From: Octopus bimaculoides
Taxonomy: Eukaryota
NCBI RefSeq assembly: GCF_001194135.2
Contig: NC_068998.1
Span: forward strand, 23,647,180-23,711,179
Reading direction: 5' to 3'
Length of the DNA: 64,000 bases
The translations under genes were made by a program, and so were the position numbers. The notes beneath the pieces were generated by a model that was not told the DNA's origin, did not search any database, and saw nothing but the letters and a program-made list of their open reading frames with translations. Below, piece after piece: positions 26,050 to 39,861 of this stretch (position 1 is its first letter; each line of letters begins with the position of its first letter).

Positions 26050-26830
26050 GGAGTGTATCATAGAAGAAAAATGGCGACAGATACAGGCACGGCTATGAGT
26101 GCGATATTTTCACCTTCATATGCCACACTAGTCATGGGTTATCTAGAAGGTAAACGTTACGAGGAAGTAGGAAAAATGTTTGATCACAACTGCAAGGAAA
26201 ACCTTGTGAAGAAGTGAAAGGGCTACCGCGATGACTGATTCTTTGTTTGGGATAGACCAAAAGAAAACCTGCAAGCATTTGACACCATCATCAACACGGT
26301 GCACCTAACTATCAAATTCACAACAGAAACTAGCTACAATGGACTACTATTCCTAGACATTCACATCAAAATACACAACTCCACTGTTAAAACCGACATA
26401 TTTTACAAAAACAAAAACGGACACATACCAATATTTCTACTCTTACCACCCCTCACACATCAAAAGGAACATTCCATACAGGATGGCAAAATGCATCTGA
26501 ACCCTGGTAATGGACCCACAAATACGCCAAATTTGACTTGCTGATCTCAAAAACTTCTTACAAGAACAAAATTACCCAGTGAAACTAATATATAATTGAA
26601 TCTTGAAAGTGATGAAATTAGACATTACACAAATAAGGACTCCAAAATTAAAAAGTCACATACTATTCCATTTATTGATACACTCAACACTGGAATAACC
26701 AACATTTTCCACAATATACATCAAACTACCAATACGCTTAGAGAACCCGAAAATGAGAAACCTGATAGATAAAAGCTACCTACGAAATAGTAAACGCCAA
26801 GAAAAAATGAGACTATATGGACTTCTTAAA
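26050..26830 (+). mobile_element. Penelope-like element RT fragment 1
   Basis: GTAMSAIFSPSYATLVMGYLE...; KGYRDD*FFVW; IKFTTETSYNGLLFLDIHIK...TDIFYK; SHIKRNIPYRMAKCI...LQEQNYP. Confidence 0.85.
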
Positions 26831-26889
26831 CAACATTTCAAAAAGAGTAAACAAAGAAACTATTTTAGTCAACTTTAATGTAGTTAGCT

Positions 26890-27575
26890 CTGCATTAAAA
26901 TCTCCCATACCTTAGGATGAGAAGCAGTAATATTCTGGATAAACAAACACCCCCAAAGAATTCAAGACGGATTCTCGAAGGAGTTCATACTAGTACTAGA
27001 AGACAACTACTTCTTTTTCGACATTGAATATTTCCTACAAATACATGAAACTGCAATGGGTAGGAAAGTGGGAACGACGTTTGTGACACTCGTAATGAGA
27101 TATTTTGAAGAAAAATCTAATCTTTAGCTAGCATTTCCTTTGTCCAGAACATCCAGTCATACTTAGAGGTTAAACTGGCCAGTTCGTTGGATGACTGTTT
27201 TATATTCTGGAACAAAATTAAAAAAGGACCTTGCAAAATCTCTCGAACTAATAAGCAGCATATATAGATCAATCCAGTTCAATATGGAAATGAATGAAAT
27301 GGAACGCTTTCCTAGATATTTCAATAATCAAAGAAAAGGAAATTATTACAACTGACTTCTGTTATAAGAACATGGGCACGCACCAAAATTTAGATTTCAG
27401 ATCTTGCCATCCATTGTATACAAAATGAAACATACCATTTAATATGGCAATACGAATACGAACAATAGTTTCGGATACAAACAGACGAAAAAGATGACTT
27501 TCAGAACTTAATTTGTTCCTTAAAAAATGAAGATACTTCTCCAAACTAATAAACCAAGCTTTAGCTAAAGTAAGG
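26890..27575 (+). mobile_element. Penelope-like element RT fragment 2
   Basis: LVLEDNYFFFDIEYFLQIHETAMGRKVGTTFVTLVMRYFEEK; LDDCFIFW; IQFNME..FLDISI...TTDFCYK..THQNLDFRSCHP..NIPFNMAIRIRTIV. Confidence 0.85.
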
Positions 27576-30110
27576 GTATCCGAATCTCTATCATACCAGA
27601 AAATCCTCCTTTGGTCAGGTTTAATAAGTGTCTTCTACTCTTGTACCGTAAAAGCCCGACCTATGGATTTCTGACGTGATAAAAGCAGAACCTACGAGAT
27701 AAAAGGTTCCAAGATCAAATTTTATGTTTATGCGATTTTCACCCTCGATTTACGTGATCTATACAAATCCATGAATACAAGTGCATCACATTTTCACGTT
27801 ACACGGTGTTTTAGTTATTGTTTTCTTTTTGTTGAAACACGCTAGTCGTGTTTCCAAGGTTTGTATTGTGTGGTAGGGGACATGATTTATTGGATAATTA
27901 ATTAGCATTTCACTACCATAATATTCACTTCACAACAGAGCATTTAGTTTATGATTTCTTTTTACTGTTATTGTCGACCAGATATTCTCTAAATGATACC
28001 ATACAGCACTCAAATGTTGTTTGCATTGCAATTAGGACTTTGTTTAATTTTAGTTATTGGAATAATTGTTTAAAGGATTTTCTTTATAGATTGTTTTGCA
28101 TCAAAAATGTAATCTTGAATACTGCATTTTAGTAAGAGGAAACTCTGATGCTACGTTTTGTAACTACTACGTCTTGTTAAGCATAGCAGACACAACCATG
28201 CAATAAGTGTCATGGGTGTGAAACAAGAAAACTACATGCATCTGAGAATGCATCTATTCATTTTTTTATGCTACTGTGTTTGTAAATATGATTGAGTTTA
28301 TATGCTGTTTTCCATGTGTATGGTGTTTTGTATGCATACGAGGGATCTTACGTTTTCAATATGTGTTGAATGTTGACAAGTGCATGAAACCAAATAGTAA
28401 ATGTCTTAAGTTAATTATACTGGAGCCGAAAAGACTGTGCACGTCTCTATCTCTTCCGCTAAGAAATACAAATTTCTCAGTGTAACACTATCAGCTTTCA
28501 TCTTATCTTCCTTCTCCTAATATAATTTACGCTCTCTTGAAAAGTTGTTCATCTGTTGCTGCCTTTATATGATTTACTTTGTCGGATTTCCTGTCACCAG
28601 TAGCAAGATGTTTACAGTAAATTACAGAACCTAGCAACAAAGATTTTAGCAGTCAGGTCATCAAATAAAGTTAGTTTACACATGTGATATTTTGGTTGTA
28701 ATACAAAAAGTATGCGCATTATATATAAGTGGGAGGTTGAGGGATAAGTTTCCAAGTGTGAAAAATTAAGCATGTTGTAATGTGTGCATATGAACTAGAA
28801 TTGTTCACAAGTTTATGAAAGATTTGCGCTTGTTTACAAACGTGTGGTTATATTTGTGTAAACATGTTTGCAGCGCAAGACAATTTGACTGTCTTAATAT
28901 GTGTAAAAATCAAAAATATGTTTGAAAGATGGTATGCAAGACTATAGTTGAAAATGAGCAGCATTCCATGTTGTAATTCATGAAACCCTTAATGGTTACT
29001 ATGTTAGATGAGAACAGGTGACATACTAGAGTTTGCGTCATTGCTGATGTATCTGCCGACTTCAATTCCATCCATTTGTATAAAAACATTACAAAATCAA
29101 CAACTTCGATGATTGGAGCAAAAACGTTTTAAACAGAAATCTGTAACACCTTTAGTAAGCATACGCTTAATACATAAATACATCGCAGCAAATGATTTAA
29201 CCGCTTTAGGATTGATCACGCTCTTAGAAATGACAGCCGAATATCTCCAGAATTTAACACTGTTCTCCATGAAAAAGGACAAAAGTAAAACACATTGTAC
29301 ATGTGATAAAGCGATCAACTTTCGAATGATCTTAGTCAGATTTTTTCGTATATTAAACACTTCATAGAACTAAACACAAACAGCAGATCAAAAATACCCG
29401 GCCCCCACAAACATATAGCAAATAATTATTTTCAATAATTTATGGAAAAAGCATGCGTGAATCCAAGCATGATTAACCCAAGGATGATGACGTTGACGAC
29501 GACGACTACGACCAGGAGGAAGAGGGATGAAGGGTACACACGTCACTGAAAGCATTAGTAATTTACAGTCTATTGTTAAATGGTTAGGATAATTCTTCCA
29601 TGATAGTATAACAAGGTTCTTTTCAATCTCATATATCAGTTTTCCCAAAATACCGACAACTTTCATTTGTGTGACAAGGCAATTTCTGCCTCGGCCTGAA
29701 GGATGATGGATGGATTTGATGTTTATTTGGCTCCATTGTAATAACGTATTCTGATTGCTTTGCAGGATTAATAATTAACTTAGAACATTAGCTCTCGTGC
29801 GTTGCCCAGTAATGAGAAGGTTAAAAGCAACTGCTTTAAATGGCCAGTTATTTAGCTGAGTGTTCAGAATGTCATAGCTGTAAATTTCGAATTATTTGCA
29901 ATGAATGTGTGCACACACGGAGGATGGGTGTTGCACACATATATACAGACACTTACGCCTCATCATATGATTACTTACTCAAATACATATGAATATCTTG
30001 GGCGTGTCTAACGTTTTTGTATCTACACGAGCTTTATACTTTCTCTTTATGTACACAACACCTTCTTTATATAATGATAAACATATATGATAATAATAAT
30101 AATAATAATA

Positions 30111-30177
<67 letters not shown>

Positions 30178-30284
30178 TAACAACTAGCTGGACACGTGAA
30201 AAATTCATGAAAACATGATAAATATAAGCATCTGTAAATAGTGTACTGGTGCCATGATAAATGTTTGTATATTATGACAGTCTG

Positions 30285-30425
30285 TCTTTACGTTCTGAGT
30301 TCAAATTCTGCCGAGCTCAACTTTGCGTTTCGTCCTTTCGGGTCGATAAATTCAGTACCATTTGTGTACTGGAATCGATCGGATCAACTGGCCCCACTCC
30401 CACAACAAATGTCAGGCCTAGAAAA
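30285..30425 (-). mobile_element. SINE-like family 2 fragment
   Basis: tacgttctgagttcaaattctgccgag...cctttcgggtcgataaattcagtacc is the reverse complement of the family-2 core; preceded by (TAA)n at ~30087-30180. Confidence 0.8.
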
Positions 30426-30605
30426 GTATTTTGTGACAGTTACGGACTATGGAATATAATGTAACACTAATGACTATATAATCCAACCAAAATATCTTAG
30501 TTACACAAACGTAAATGGAATTACTATTTAACTTTAAAATACATCATACATATTCAAAGAAACTTCTTGGTTTGGTGGTACAGAACGTTTTTCGAAATTC
30601 TTTAA

Positions 30606-30800
30606 TTCTTTTACTTGTTTCAGTCATTTAACGGTGGCTATGCCGGTGCACCCACTCTAGTCGAAGAAATTGACCCCTGGACTTATTCTCTGTAAGACTG
30701 GTGCTTATTCTATCAGTCTCTTCTGCAGAACAGGTAAATTATAGAGATGAAAACGCACCAACATCAGTTGTAAAGCGATGGTGGTGTAGGGACACACACA
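30606..30800 (-). mobile_element. SINE family 1, 3' half, diverged
   Basis: ttcttttacttgtttcagtcattt...ggacttattctctgtaagactggtgcttattctatc is the reverse complement of the family-1 3' body. Confidence 0.8.
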
Positions 30801-30960
30801 TATATACATATATATGACTGGCTTGGAGGTAGTGGTGATGCTGTTTGGCGCGATTTGTGGTTTGTTAGTATGCCGAGAGAGATTCAGCCGGCCCTAACTG
30901 GCTCCCCGATCTTAAAGGTGGAATGTGGATGTGGAATGATGGAACGACTGGTGTTGTGGT

Positions 30961-32125
30961 GATGCGTGGATATATAACAATATCACCATGAACTGGAGGT
31001 GTACCATCTTCACCTACAAATAGAGCTGCAATTTCATTATTAACTGGGTTATTGCATCTCCTGGCATCTGGGCCTGATATGAAATGCACAGTTACTTTCC
31101 TCGGATTAACATTTTCGCTGACTGCTCTTTTTTCTTCTTGTTGTCCAACAGTGCACATATTTAAATATGCTGCAGTATATGGATTATTCAGCATGACTCA
31201 AGAAATATTTTCTATTAATAACTGCAAGCAATTAATATTTTCAGGCACTTCAGCTCATGTTTGTAAACCTTCTTTCGAATCAACAATATAGAGTTGACTA
31301 TATCTTCTAGGTTCACAGTATTCAGGATGTAGGTTTCTTGCGTGATGAGAGACTCGTTCTCGCAAGAAGAAACAGTATGGGCCACGACCAGGAGGTGATG
31401 TAACATTGGCTTCAAATGAGGCGAAATAATACATTGTATTATAGTTTCTGATGTTCTGTCTAAAGTTCATTCCTTCAATGTCGGTATTCTCCAAAAGTTG
31501 TTTTAACTGGTCAGGATATTCTTGTACATTCGGCAAGGAAACCTTACTATTATGGCAGCAATTACGTTCTTCCTGCGGGAATCTGCGTGCATGACATGCA
31601 GGCATTCTACGTTCATCTCACCAATCGTAAATTGAGAATTTTGTTGTTCTTTTATTACATTCCGTCTTTTTATTTGAGCTCTGTCTGTCATAAGATAATT
31701 CTGTGCTTCAGCTTCTTCCATATTTTGCCTTCTTTTTTGAACTTTGTTTCTCATATATTGAAGGTAATTCTGCTTTTCATCTTCGTCGATATGTTGCCAT
31801 CTTTAGTAAACTCTGTTTCTCATACTTTCTAAGTGCAGTTGCCTTTGCTCTTGACTCATATGTTCTCGATTCCGTTGATCCCTACCTCTCTTATTTTGAA
31901 TATGCGCTTCTCTTTATTCCTGACTCATTTGGTTTTTTTTCTTTGCTGATTTATTTCCCTCGTATACCGTAGGATACGATCCCTCTCCTCTTGACTTATT
32001 TCCTTTCTTCTGTGTCTCATCCCCGCGCGATTTTTCTTCCTTATTTCCTGCTACTGGTCATCGCGCAATCGTTCTCTCCTTCTACGCTGACACTCACGTG
32101 CTGCGTCTCTCATGCGATTATCCAT
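30961..32125 (-). mobile_element. Helitron Rep/helicase N-terminal region (pseudogenised)
   Basis: R/E-rich start MDNRMRDAARECQRRRRERLR; IGEMNVEC..CHARRFPQEERNCCHNSKVSLP; NFRQNIRNYN..FASFEANVTSPPGRGPYCF; EPRRYSQLYIVD; NNPYTAAY...DARRCNNPVNNEIAALFVGEDGTPP..DIVIYPR. These match the Helitron pre-Rep region; no HUH or helicase motifs remain. Confidence 0.85.
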
Positions 32126-32605
32126 ATTTCAAAACTTGCTATTAAAACAATAAACCTCCAAAATGATTCACAGTGTTTCAACTGAAAACCAAATACGAAT
32201 GTATTAGTGTTTATTTCCACCACGTAACACTTAGTATTGCAAACATGTTTTAACTAACCTAAACTATACACATACACAAATACTTTCATANNNNNNNNNN
32301 NNNNNNNNNNNNNNNNNNNNNNNNNNNNNNNNNNNNNNNNNNNNNNNNNNNNNNTATATATATATATATATGTCTCTGCGTGTTTCCTTTAGATTTTGTT
32401 TGCTTATACAGATATACAAATTAACCAGAAATTCTTACTTAAAGAATATAGAAAGAAAAAGACAACGTTGTATTCCGAAACGAAAAGATGTTTTTTAGCT
32501 GAGGTGTAATTTTATTTATAATGAAAACAAATTCAATATTTAAGTTTTAGAGCAAAATACTACATTTTTAGTGTAAGTTGGCAGTTGAAATGTGTTAAAA
32601 GAAAT

Positions 32606-32637
<32 letters not shown>

Positions 32638-32652
32638 ACGTGCGTGCGTGCG

Positions 32653-32687
<35 letters not shown>

Positions 32688-32924
32688 AGTCGCAGAAAGG
32701 AATTCAGAACGGCAAAAAGCACAATCATGCATATACAAACACATACCTAGAGAAAGAGGCAGACAGTAAGTGTCAGATAATTCACAACGAAATCTTGACC
32801 TCTTCATCTCTCTCCCTTTATCCCTTTCTACCTGTTGCTTTACCACTGATTGGAATTGTTTTAGTTGTATCTTCAAGCTCTTTCTCTCTCACTCACTCAC
32901 TCTTTCTCGCTTTCTCTCTCTCCC

Positions 32925-32990
<66 letters not shown>

Positions 32991-33159
32991 AGTTTTTCCT
33001 TTGCTATTAAAGCAGTAAATGTCCAAAATCATTCAGTGCTTGAATTGAAAAACATAGAAATGTAATAGAAACGCAATACAAACACCACATTCCTTTAAGT
33101 CACCACTCACTCCCCTCCCATATATATCTATATATATATATATATATATATATATCGAG

Positions 33160-33290
33160 TTGTAGTTGTAATTCAAAGACGCCAGCCTTGTCATATTCTC
33201 TGTGAGGCTGAATCTCCCTGAGAACTACGATAAAGTTATGCATGTCAGTAGAGTACTCAGCCATTTGTGAGGCAATATTATCCTCGTGTG
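33160..33290 (-). mobile_element. Short interspersed repeat (family 3 tail), recurring at 42488-42590
   Basis: The minus strand reads gctgagtactc...gtagttctcagggagattcagc..acagag..tgacaaggctggc; a similar sequence in the same orientation occurs at 42488-42590. Confidence 0.6.
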
Positions 33291-33743
33291 CTAATGAAAA
33301 GTCAAATTGACATCCAATATTTGCTGTGTGTATGTATCTATGCATGAACTTTTCTTTGGGTTTATGTGTCTGCTGTCTCCCTCAGTCTCTCGCTTTCTCT
33401 TTCTCTTCCTGTGTGTCCCTTTCCTCTCCCGCATTTGATGTAACAATGTGTATATGTATCTGCTTCTCTTGCAATGAACGCCGTCGCCACTCTGTCTCTT
33501 TCACTCTTTCTCTCTTTCTCTCTTACATTTTCTCTCTCTCACTCCCTTTCTTTCTCTCTTGCGTCCTCTCTGAAACATTTAAAAAGACAAAACAAACGCC
33601 GTCACCACTCCCAATCTCTTTCACACTCTCTTTCTCTCATTCTCTCTTACTTCCCCTCTGTCCTCCTCTCACTCGCTTTGCCATTTCTTTGAAGTAAGTG
33701 TGACGCACACGAAAAGTTAGCGTATTAATATTATCAATGATAA

Positions 33744-34145
33744 GGCGTAGGAGTGGATGTGTGGTAAGTAGCTTGCTTACGAACCGCATGGTTCCAGGTT
33801 CAGTCCCACTGTGTGGCAAGTGCCTTCTACTATAGCCTCGGGCCGACCAAAGCCTTCTGAGTGGATATGTCAGACGGAAACTGAAAGAAGCCCGTCGTAT
33901 ATATGTAGATATATATTTATATGTATGTGTGGGTGTATGTGTTTGTGTGTATGTGCCCCCCCCCAACATCGCTTGACACCGATGCTAGTGTGTTTACGTC
34001 TCCGTAACCTAGCAGTTAGGCAAAAGAGAACGATAGAATAAGTACAAGGCTCACAAAGAATAAGTCCTGAGGTCGATTTGCTAGACTAAAGGCGGTGCTC
34101 CAGCATGGCCACAGTCAAATAACTGAAACAACTAAAAAGTAAATA
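33744..34145 (+). mobile_element. SINE family 1, full length (tRNA-derived head, CORE-like centre)
   Basis: A-box-like gtggatgtgtgg (~33753) and B-box-like ggttcagtccc (33797-33807); ctactatagcctcgggccgaccaaagcc; TG tract; 3' body ggcggtgctccagcatggccacagtcaaat. Confidence 0.9.
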
Positions 34146-34222
34146 AGAATAATAACAGCACAAACAGTTATACATGCATATATACATACATATACACACG
34201 CGCACATATTCAAACAGACACA

Positions 34223-34286
<64 letters not shown>

Positions 34287-35259
34287 AGTGACTTGCGTAT
34301 GATACGTTTTCTTGTTACAGTAGAAATATTCACTTTTATAAATAAGCTACAGAAAGTATTATATAGAGTTATTACAGTAAACATTTCCCAGACGGTTGTA
34401 TATATTTGCTGTAGTAATTAAAATTCTGCATTACGCACAGTGGTAATCTATTGTTTCAGTAAATGTAATCTCGCTTTAGGATCGCTATATTTTATTTTTA
34501 TCACTGTTTGATTACTTTTGCATCAGCCCAAAATTTCTTAAATCATAAATTCCATGTATTAGTAACGTGGCCATTCAGGTTATATATTTTGTTGTGAGGA
34601 ACATTAAGAAGAATGTGTTCCTTCTGATCATTTGCTGTCATGTTTTGTTTCATTTTCGTCGAATGTATTTCTTCTGTGCAAACTTATGAATATATCCTTG
34701 CAACTATAATTTTTATCCTTTACATTCCTTTCATATCTTGGCGACAGATAATATATCGGTCCACTCATCACTGAATATTTCGCCTAATCTGCTGCTGTAT
34801 TTTCTATTATATATTAATGGCAAAATATATATGATTGAACATTCGGTTCCATTTCAATATCACCTGCATTTATGATGATTTTATTTTTTAAAAATTATTT
34901 ATACGATTTGTCTGTTTAATTCGCTCACGATCTGCCTTCTTGATGACTATACTTGGACATACATGGATATATANNNNNNNNNNNNNNNNNNNNNNNNNNN
35001 NNNNNNNNNNNNNNNNNNNNNNNNNNNNNNNNNNNNNNNNNNNNNNNNNNNNNNNNNNNNNNNNNNNNNNNNNNNNNNNNNNNNNNNNNNNNNNNNNNNN
35101 NNNTATTTAAAAGCAGCGGAAACATAACAAAAGACTTTTGCTCGGAGTTTCACGTTCCCGATCATCGGACAGTTTTTCCACCTTCTTGCACATTGTATGT
35201 GCTTGCCCCGGTATATATATATATATATAGTGAGAGAGAGACAGGGAGAGAGAGGTGTG

Positions 35260-35290
<31 letters not shown>

Positions 35291-36046
35291 CTTTATGCAT
35301 GAATGCATGTATGTACGTTGTTTTGCCTTTGTGAGTTTCAGCAATTTAGCTGCTATTTCTGAACTTCGGTATGTGGTGAAGCAACTGTTGCTGATCCCTT
35401 AATTGTGTTTATATACGTGTATATATATTCATATATACTTACGTGTGTGTGCGTGTGAGTGTGTGAATGTGTTTGTGTGTATGTTAGTGAGTGTGTGTGT
35501 GTCTGTGCCTCGATGTGTGTGTATGTGTGTTTTGTGTTGTGTATGTGTGTGCGTGTGTGTGTGTGCGCATGTGTATGTCTGTGTGTGTGGGTGTTTGTGT
35601 GTGTGTGTGTCTCTGTGTGTGTNNNNNNNNNNGTGTGTGGGTGTTTGTGTGTGTGTGTGTCTCTGTGTGTGTGTGAGGGGGGGGGGGCAACTTACAGCGA
35701 TATGATATCCAGACGGATACAGTGGTCCTTTACAGTTATGTTCAAGATTTAACTATTATGAGTTGTAAATCACGCTGTAATTTCCGATTCGTAATTTCTG
35801 GTTCGCAATACTGAAATGTAATATTAAAAGTGTGTATATTTGCAATACTTTCAACGTCAATTTAGTCGTCACTAATTGTAACTGCATGTGCTACAAGCAC
35901 ATAGGTTTCTAGATATAGCAGTTAGACCATATATAGCTACGATAAAGCACGATGAGCAACACTTCCAGGCCAGGTAACCGCCTGGAGAGAACAGTTTCAT
36001 TTTAACGGGAGTTGTCAACAATTGGCCTCCATCGTTTCGATTTTGA

Positions 36047-36180
36047 ATGGATGTGTGGTAAGTAGCTTGCCCCCCAAACAAATGATTTCGTGCTCAGTCC
36101 CACCGTATGAAACCTACGGTAAGTGACTTCTATTATATGTTCAGGCTGACCAGGGCCTTGCGAGTGGATTTGTGTGGATG
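36047..36180 (+). mobile_element. SINE family 1, head fragment
   Basis: ggatgtgtggtaagtagcttgc...gctcagtcccac...gccttgcgagtggatttg matches the 33744 head. Further small minus-strand head fragments lie at ~36975-37040 and ~45278-45358. Confidence 0.7.
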
Positions 36181-36213
36181 TGTATATATNNNNNNNNNNN
36201 NNNNNNNNNNNNN

Positions 36214-36246
<33 letters not shown>

Positions 36247-36932
36247 GAGAGAGGGGGATTATGAGCGATAGTGATATCAATAAGACCCAGAGGTTTCAGG
36301 TAATGCTGAGTAAGTGCTGTGTATAGACCACAGTTAAGCTCCAAGTTCGGAGATTATGCGAATAAGGTTTCCAACGTAGGTCATATAGTAGCGTGTGAAT
36401 ATAAGGATTTACTTTTCGTAATTAGATAAAGAAAACCAAGGCTGTGTATAATATAGATCATTTATACATAGAAGGTATTACAGCTGTTTCCAGGATATTT
36501 ATTATATCCCTTCATAGGTGACGGTGTGAAAAGATGGTTAAGCTATAGTTAGTTTCGATAAGATAGGAAAAGATAGGAAATGTATGGAATATTGTATTTG
36601 TAAATCCATTGTTTTAGCAGAATGGTATATATATGAGTCCGATATCTTGTGAGAAAGATCCAATAGTCTTTAATATTCGTCATTGCATTATTAAATCCAT
36701 TATTAAGATTTCAATACTCTATGAGTAAACTCCAACAGTCTTTGAAATTGGTCATTCCAAATACAGAGTTTATACACAGTGTTATTGAATCAAGAGTTCC
36801 GTTTAAAGTGACACTTTAAACTAGCTCCAATCTGATCTGGCAGAGTTTCTACAGCTGGATGCCCTTCCTAACGCCAACCACTCCGAGAGTGTAGTGAAAC
36901 AAGTAACAGATTAAAAGAGTTATATATACATA

Positions 36933-36966
<34 letters not shown>

Positions 36967-37087
36967 GGGAAAACTTATTTCAGTTTCCGTCAACCAAATC
37001 CACTGACATGTCTAAAAGCTATCGTGGAAGACACCCAGTAAAATAAGCTGAGTTTTCATATAAATAATAATAATTTTTATTACTATT

Positions 37088-37300
37088 TTTACTGTAGGCA
37101 TAAGGCCTTGAAAATGTGGGTGGGAGATAATCGATAATTTCAACTCCAGTGCGTATCTGGTACTTATTTCATCGACTCCGAAAGGATGAAAGCCAACGTC
37201 GACCTCGGTGGAATTTGAACTCAGGACGTAGCGACGGGCGAATTACCGTAAGCCTTTCGTCCAGCGTGCTAACGTTTCTCCCAGCTCGCCGTCTTTCCTT
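37088..37300 (+). mobile_element. SINE-like family 2, full length
   Basis: ctggtacttatttcatcgactccgaaaggatgaaagccaacgtcgacctcggtggaatttgaactcagg...cgtgctaacgtttctcccagctcgccg followed by a TAA-like tail. A much more degenerate copy lies at ~57800-57975. Confidence 0.85.
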
Positions 37301-39188
37301 CATAATAATGACATTAATAATAATAAATGTGTACGTATGCGTGTGAGTTTGCGCGCGTGTTTCTCGTGCGTGTGTGGGTGGGAATAGATGTATATGGTTA
37401 ACTCATTACGTACAAAGATACAAACATTTTGATTGGCACATATTTATAGGAAAATAACTGGGGCAAACTTGTATATGTGAACATATGTACACAGTAATAA
37501 ATTTCTTTGTTGCTTGCACCTAAAAATGCAGAAACTATGGTTGTGTGTAAAATTGCTAGTAAATATCATACTAACAAGTCTTGTATGTACAATTGCATAC
37601 TACAATCCGTCATTTTAACATGAAGCAGAGAATTATTTAGCTGTCTCTTTTTCGAGCAGTTATTAAATGATAAATATTCTACATCATGTGTTATGTTTGG
37701 TGGGGAGGTATGGAAGAGGGTAAGATCAAATCTCCTATGTACTGTTCGATAAAGAAATGTGCAGTTAAGCGGAGAAAATATCTTTTCGGTTCCTAGAATT
37801 AGATATTTGGTAAAAACATAGTATGAATATAGAAGCGTATCCTATTTCATTTCTGTAGCTTGAAAATATAGATCTTCAGTATTGTGAAGTGACCTCTGTT
37901 CCGCCATTGATATCAATAAGTGTTTGCCAATAACTAACGCATTTCTATTCATCATTGTTTCAATTTAGTTTCCGCTAGAGGAGAATTTAACTATTTGTAA
38001 AGTTTATTGTTTAACATAAGTATCTTACGCTAATTACACACGCGTTTGCTGTCATCTGGTTCGACTGTTATTGTGTTCAGTCAGCTTTAAATTCCGTGAA
38101 CAACCAAGGAAAGATAGAGATTGGTTTCTATGGTAGTATCTAACCGAAAATCTATCACTAGAAAAACATCGTTTTTTGTTTCATTTAAACATCATAAGCG
38201 ATCACATTTATTTTGTATGTGTGTCCTTTCAGCATTTTACAACACATTTCAGGCTATTGCTTTCATTTACGAAATTACCCCAACCAGCACTTAGCATCAA
38301 AAACCAGCTTGCTAATAAACCCCAACAACGCCCTATTAATGATAAGAGTTTGTTCAATATCTACATCTGCATTATACGGTGATTTGTCGGAAAGCTGCAA
38401 GTGCGACATATTTTACAGTACAATATTAATTCTAGTGGGAATGGATATCTACGAAGTCTTACTTCGTGTTCCAAGAAACATATAGCAAAGTCTATTGAAT
38501 CTGTATGCAATGTCAACTCTGGAATGAAATCTGCCCATGGCTCCAAGACAATGTACGACGTTCACCTTCAAATAGTCCATGCTACAATACACGCACACCT
38601 TTCCTTCAATCTCTGTGAAATGGACATCTCTGAGGATAATACGTGGTAAAAAAAAGTTCAGTCCTCTTGATATTAAAAGTAAACATTAAAGTTGCCTCAG
38701 GTGCTGCAGATTTTGGACCCTGTCTCTTGATAGATGATAGATGAAAAAGATGCGTGTGGCAAAATTCTCAGGAGCAAATTAGGCGTTGGAATGCTGAGGA
38801 ATAGTTTCTGAAAAGTGTATGAGAAGAATCTGAAGAAATATGTGCGATTACGCTGTCGAAATCATAGAAATTCTCAATAAGACGATGTTGTTATATATTT
38901 CGATATGACGATCTTGTTAGAAAATTCGATACAACCATCTTGTTATAGAAACGCCATTCTATGATCTGCATATGCTTTAATAATTCTGAATTGTCAATAC
39001 AAAGTTAAAGAATACTGACTTTACTTAATAGAAGTCATGTTAACGTTACCTATGTGAACTAAATAGTAACATATAAAACCCGTTTCAGAAGATTCTGTAC
39101 ATTCGCAAAAATAATAGTAACTGAATATAGACGGGCAAGGCAATGGTTTTGAAATCCAGACTCAGAGAACATTGTATGTAGAGGTACA

Positions 39189-39570
39189 TTATTACGTCCG
39201 CCTTTGCCAAAGCGGAGGAATTGTTTTCAGTCACGTTTGTTTGTTTGCTTGTTTGTCCGTCGACTAGATACTCAAGAACCATTGAATAGATTCAGATGAA
39301 ACGTTCAGGAATATTTGGCCTCGTGACTGGCACAAACTGATTATATTTTGGAATTGATCCGGTACCGGACAAGGCTTCTTGATTATTTTTCCTGTTTTTT
39401 TTTTACTTAATTATTGAGACCGGTCGGATTCATTTTGACTATTCTCGATTGTGAAGGCAGTCAGGTTTATTTGAGATATTCTCATTTTAACAATCATCTG
39501 TGGCTAATCGTTGCGAGGATGTTGGTGTAGCCTTGGCGGAGGTTTGCGCTCTTTGCGTAGTCTTGTTTTT
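39189..39570. mobile_element. Non-autonomous Helentron/DINE-like element
   Basis: 5' palindrome tccgcctttg-c-caaagcgga followed by a (GTTT)n tract; 3' subterminal inverted copy gccttggcggaggt followed by ttgcgctct. Non-coding. Confidence 0.55.
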
Positions 39571-39781
39571 ATTGCATCTTGATATTGGAGTATAGACATG
39601 CATATACATAAATATGTATCTAGTTACGCACACACATACATACACATACACACGTACACATACGTGCACACACATACATATATATATGTTGTTTGTGTAC
39701 GTTCAAAAAGGTGTAAATACCATGGTAAGGGCACAATATATATATATATATACACATATATGTATATATATATATATATAC

Positions 39782-39861
<80 letters not shown>

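Noticed and set aside
33100-33345. ORF with plausible-looking peptide (DNIASQMAEYSTDMHNFIVVLREIQPHREYD)
   Set aside because: It overlaps a short interspersed repeat that recurs at 42488-42590 and has no splice donor.
38361-38650. Possible TIR-domain remnant (ADFIPELTL..DFAI) on the minus strand
   Set aside because: Only a short resemblance to RDFIPG; box 1 and box 3 motifs are absent, and it is on the opposite strand to, and upstream of, the LRR pseudogene.
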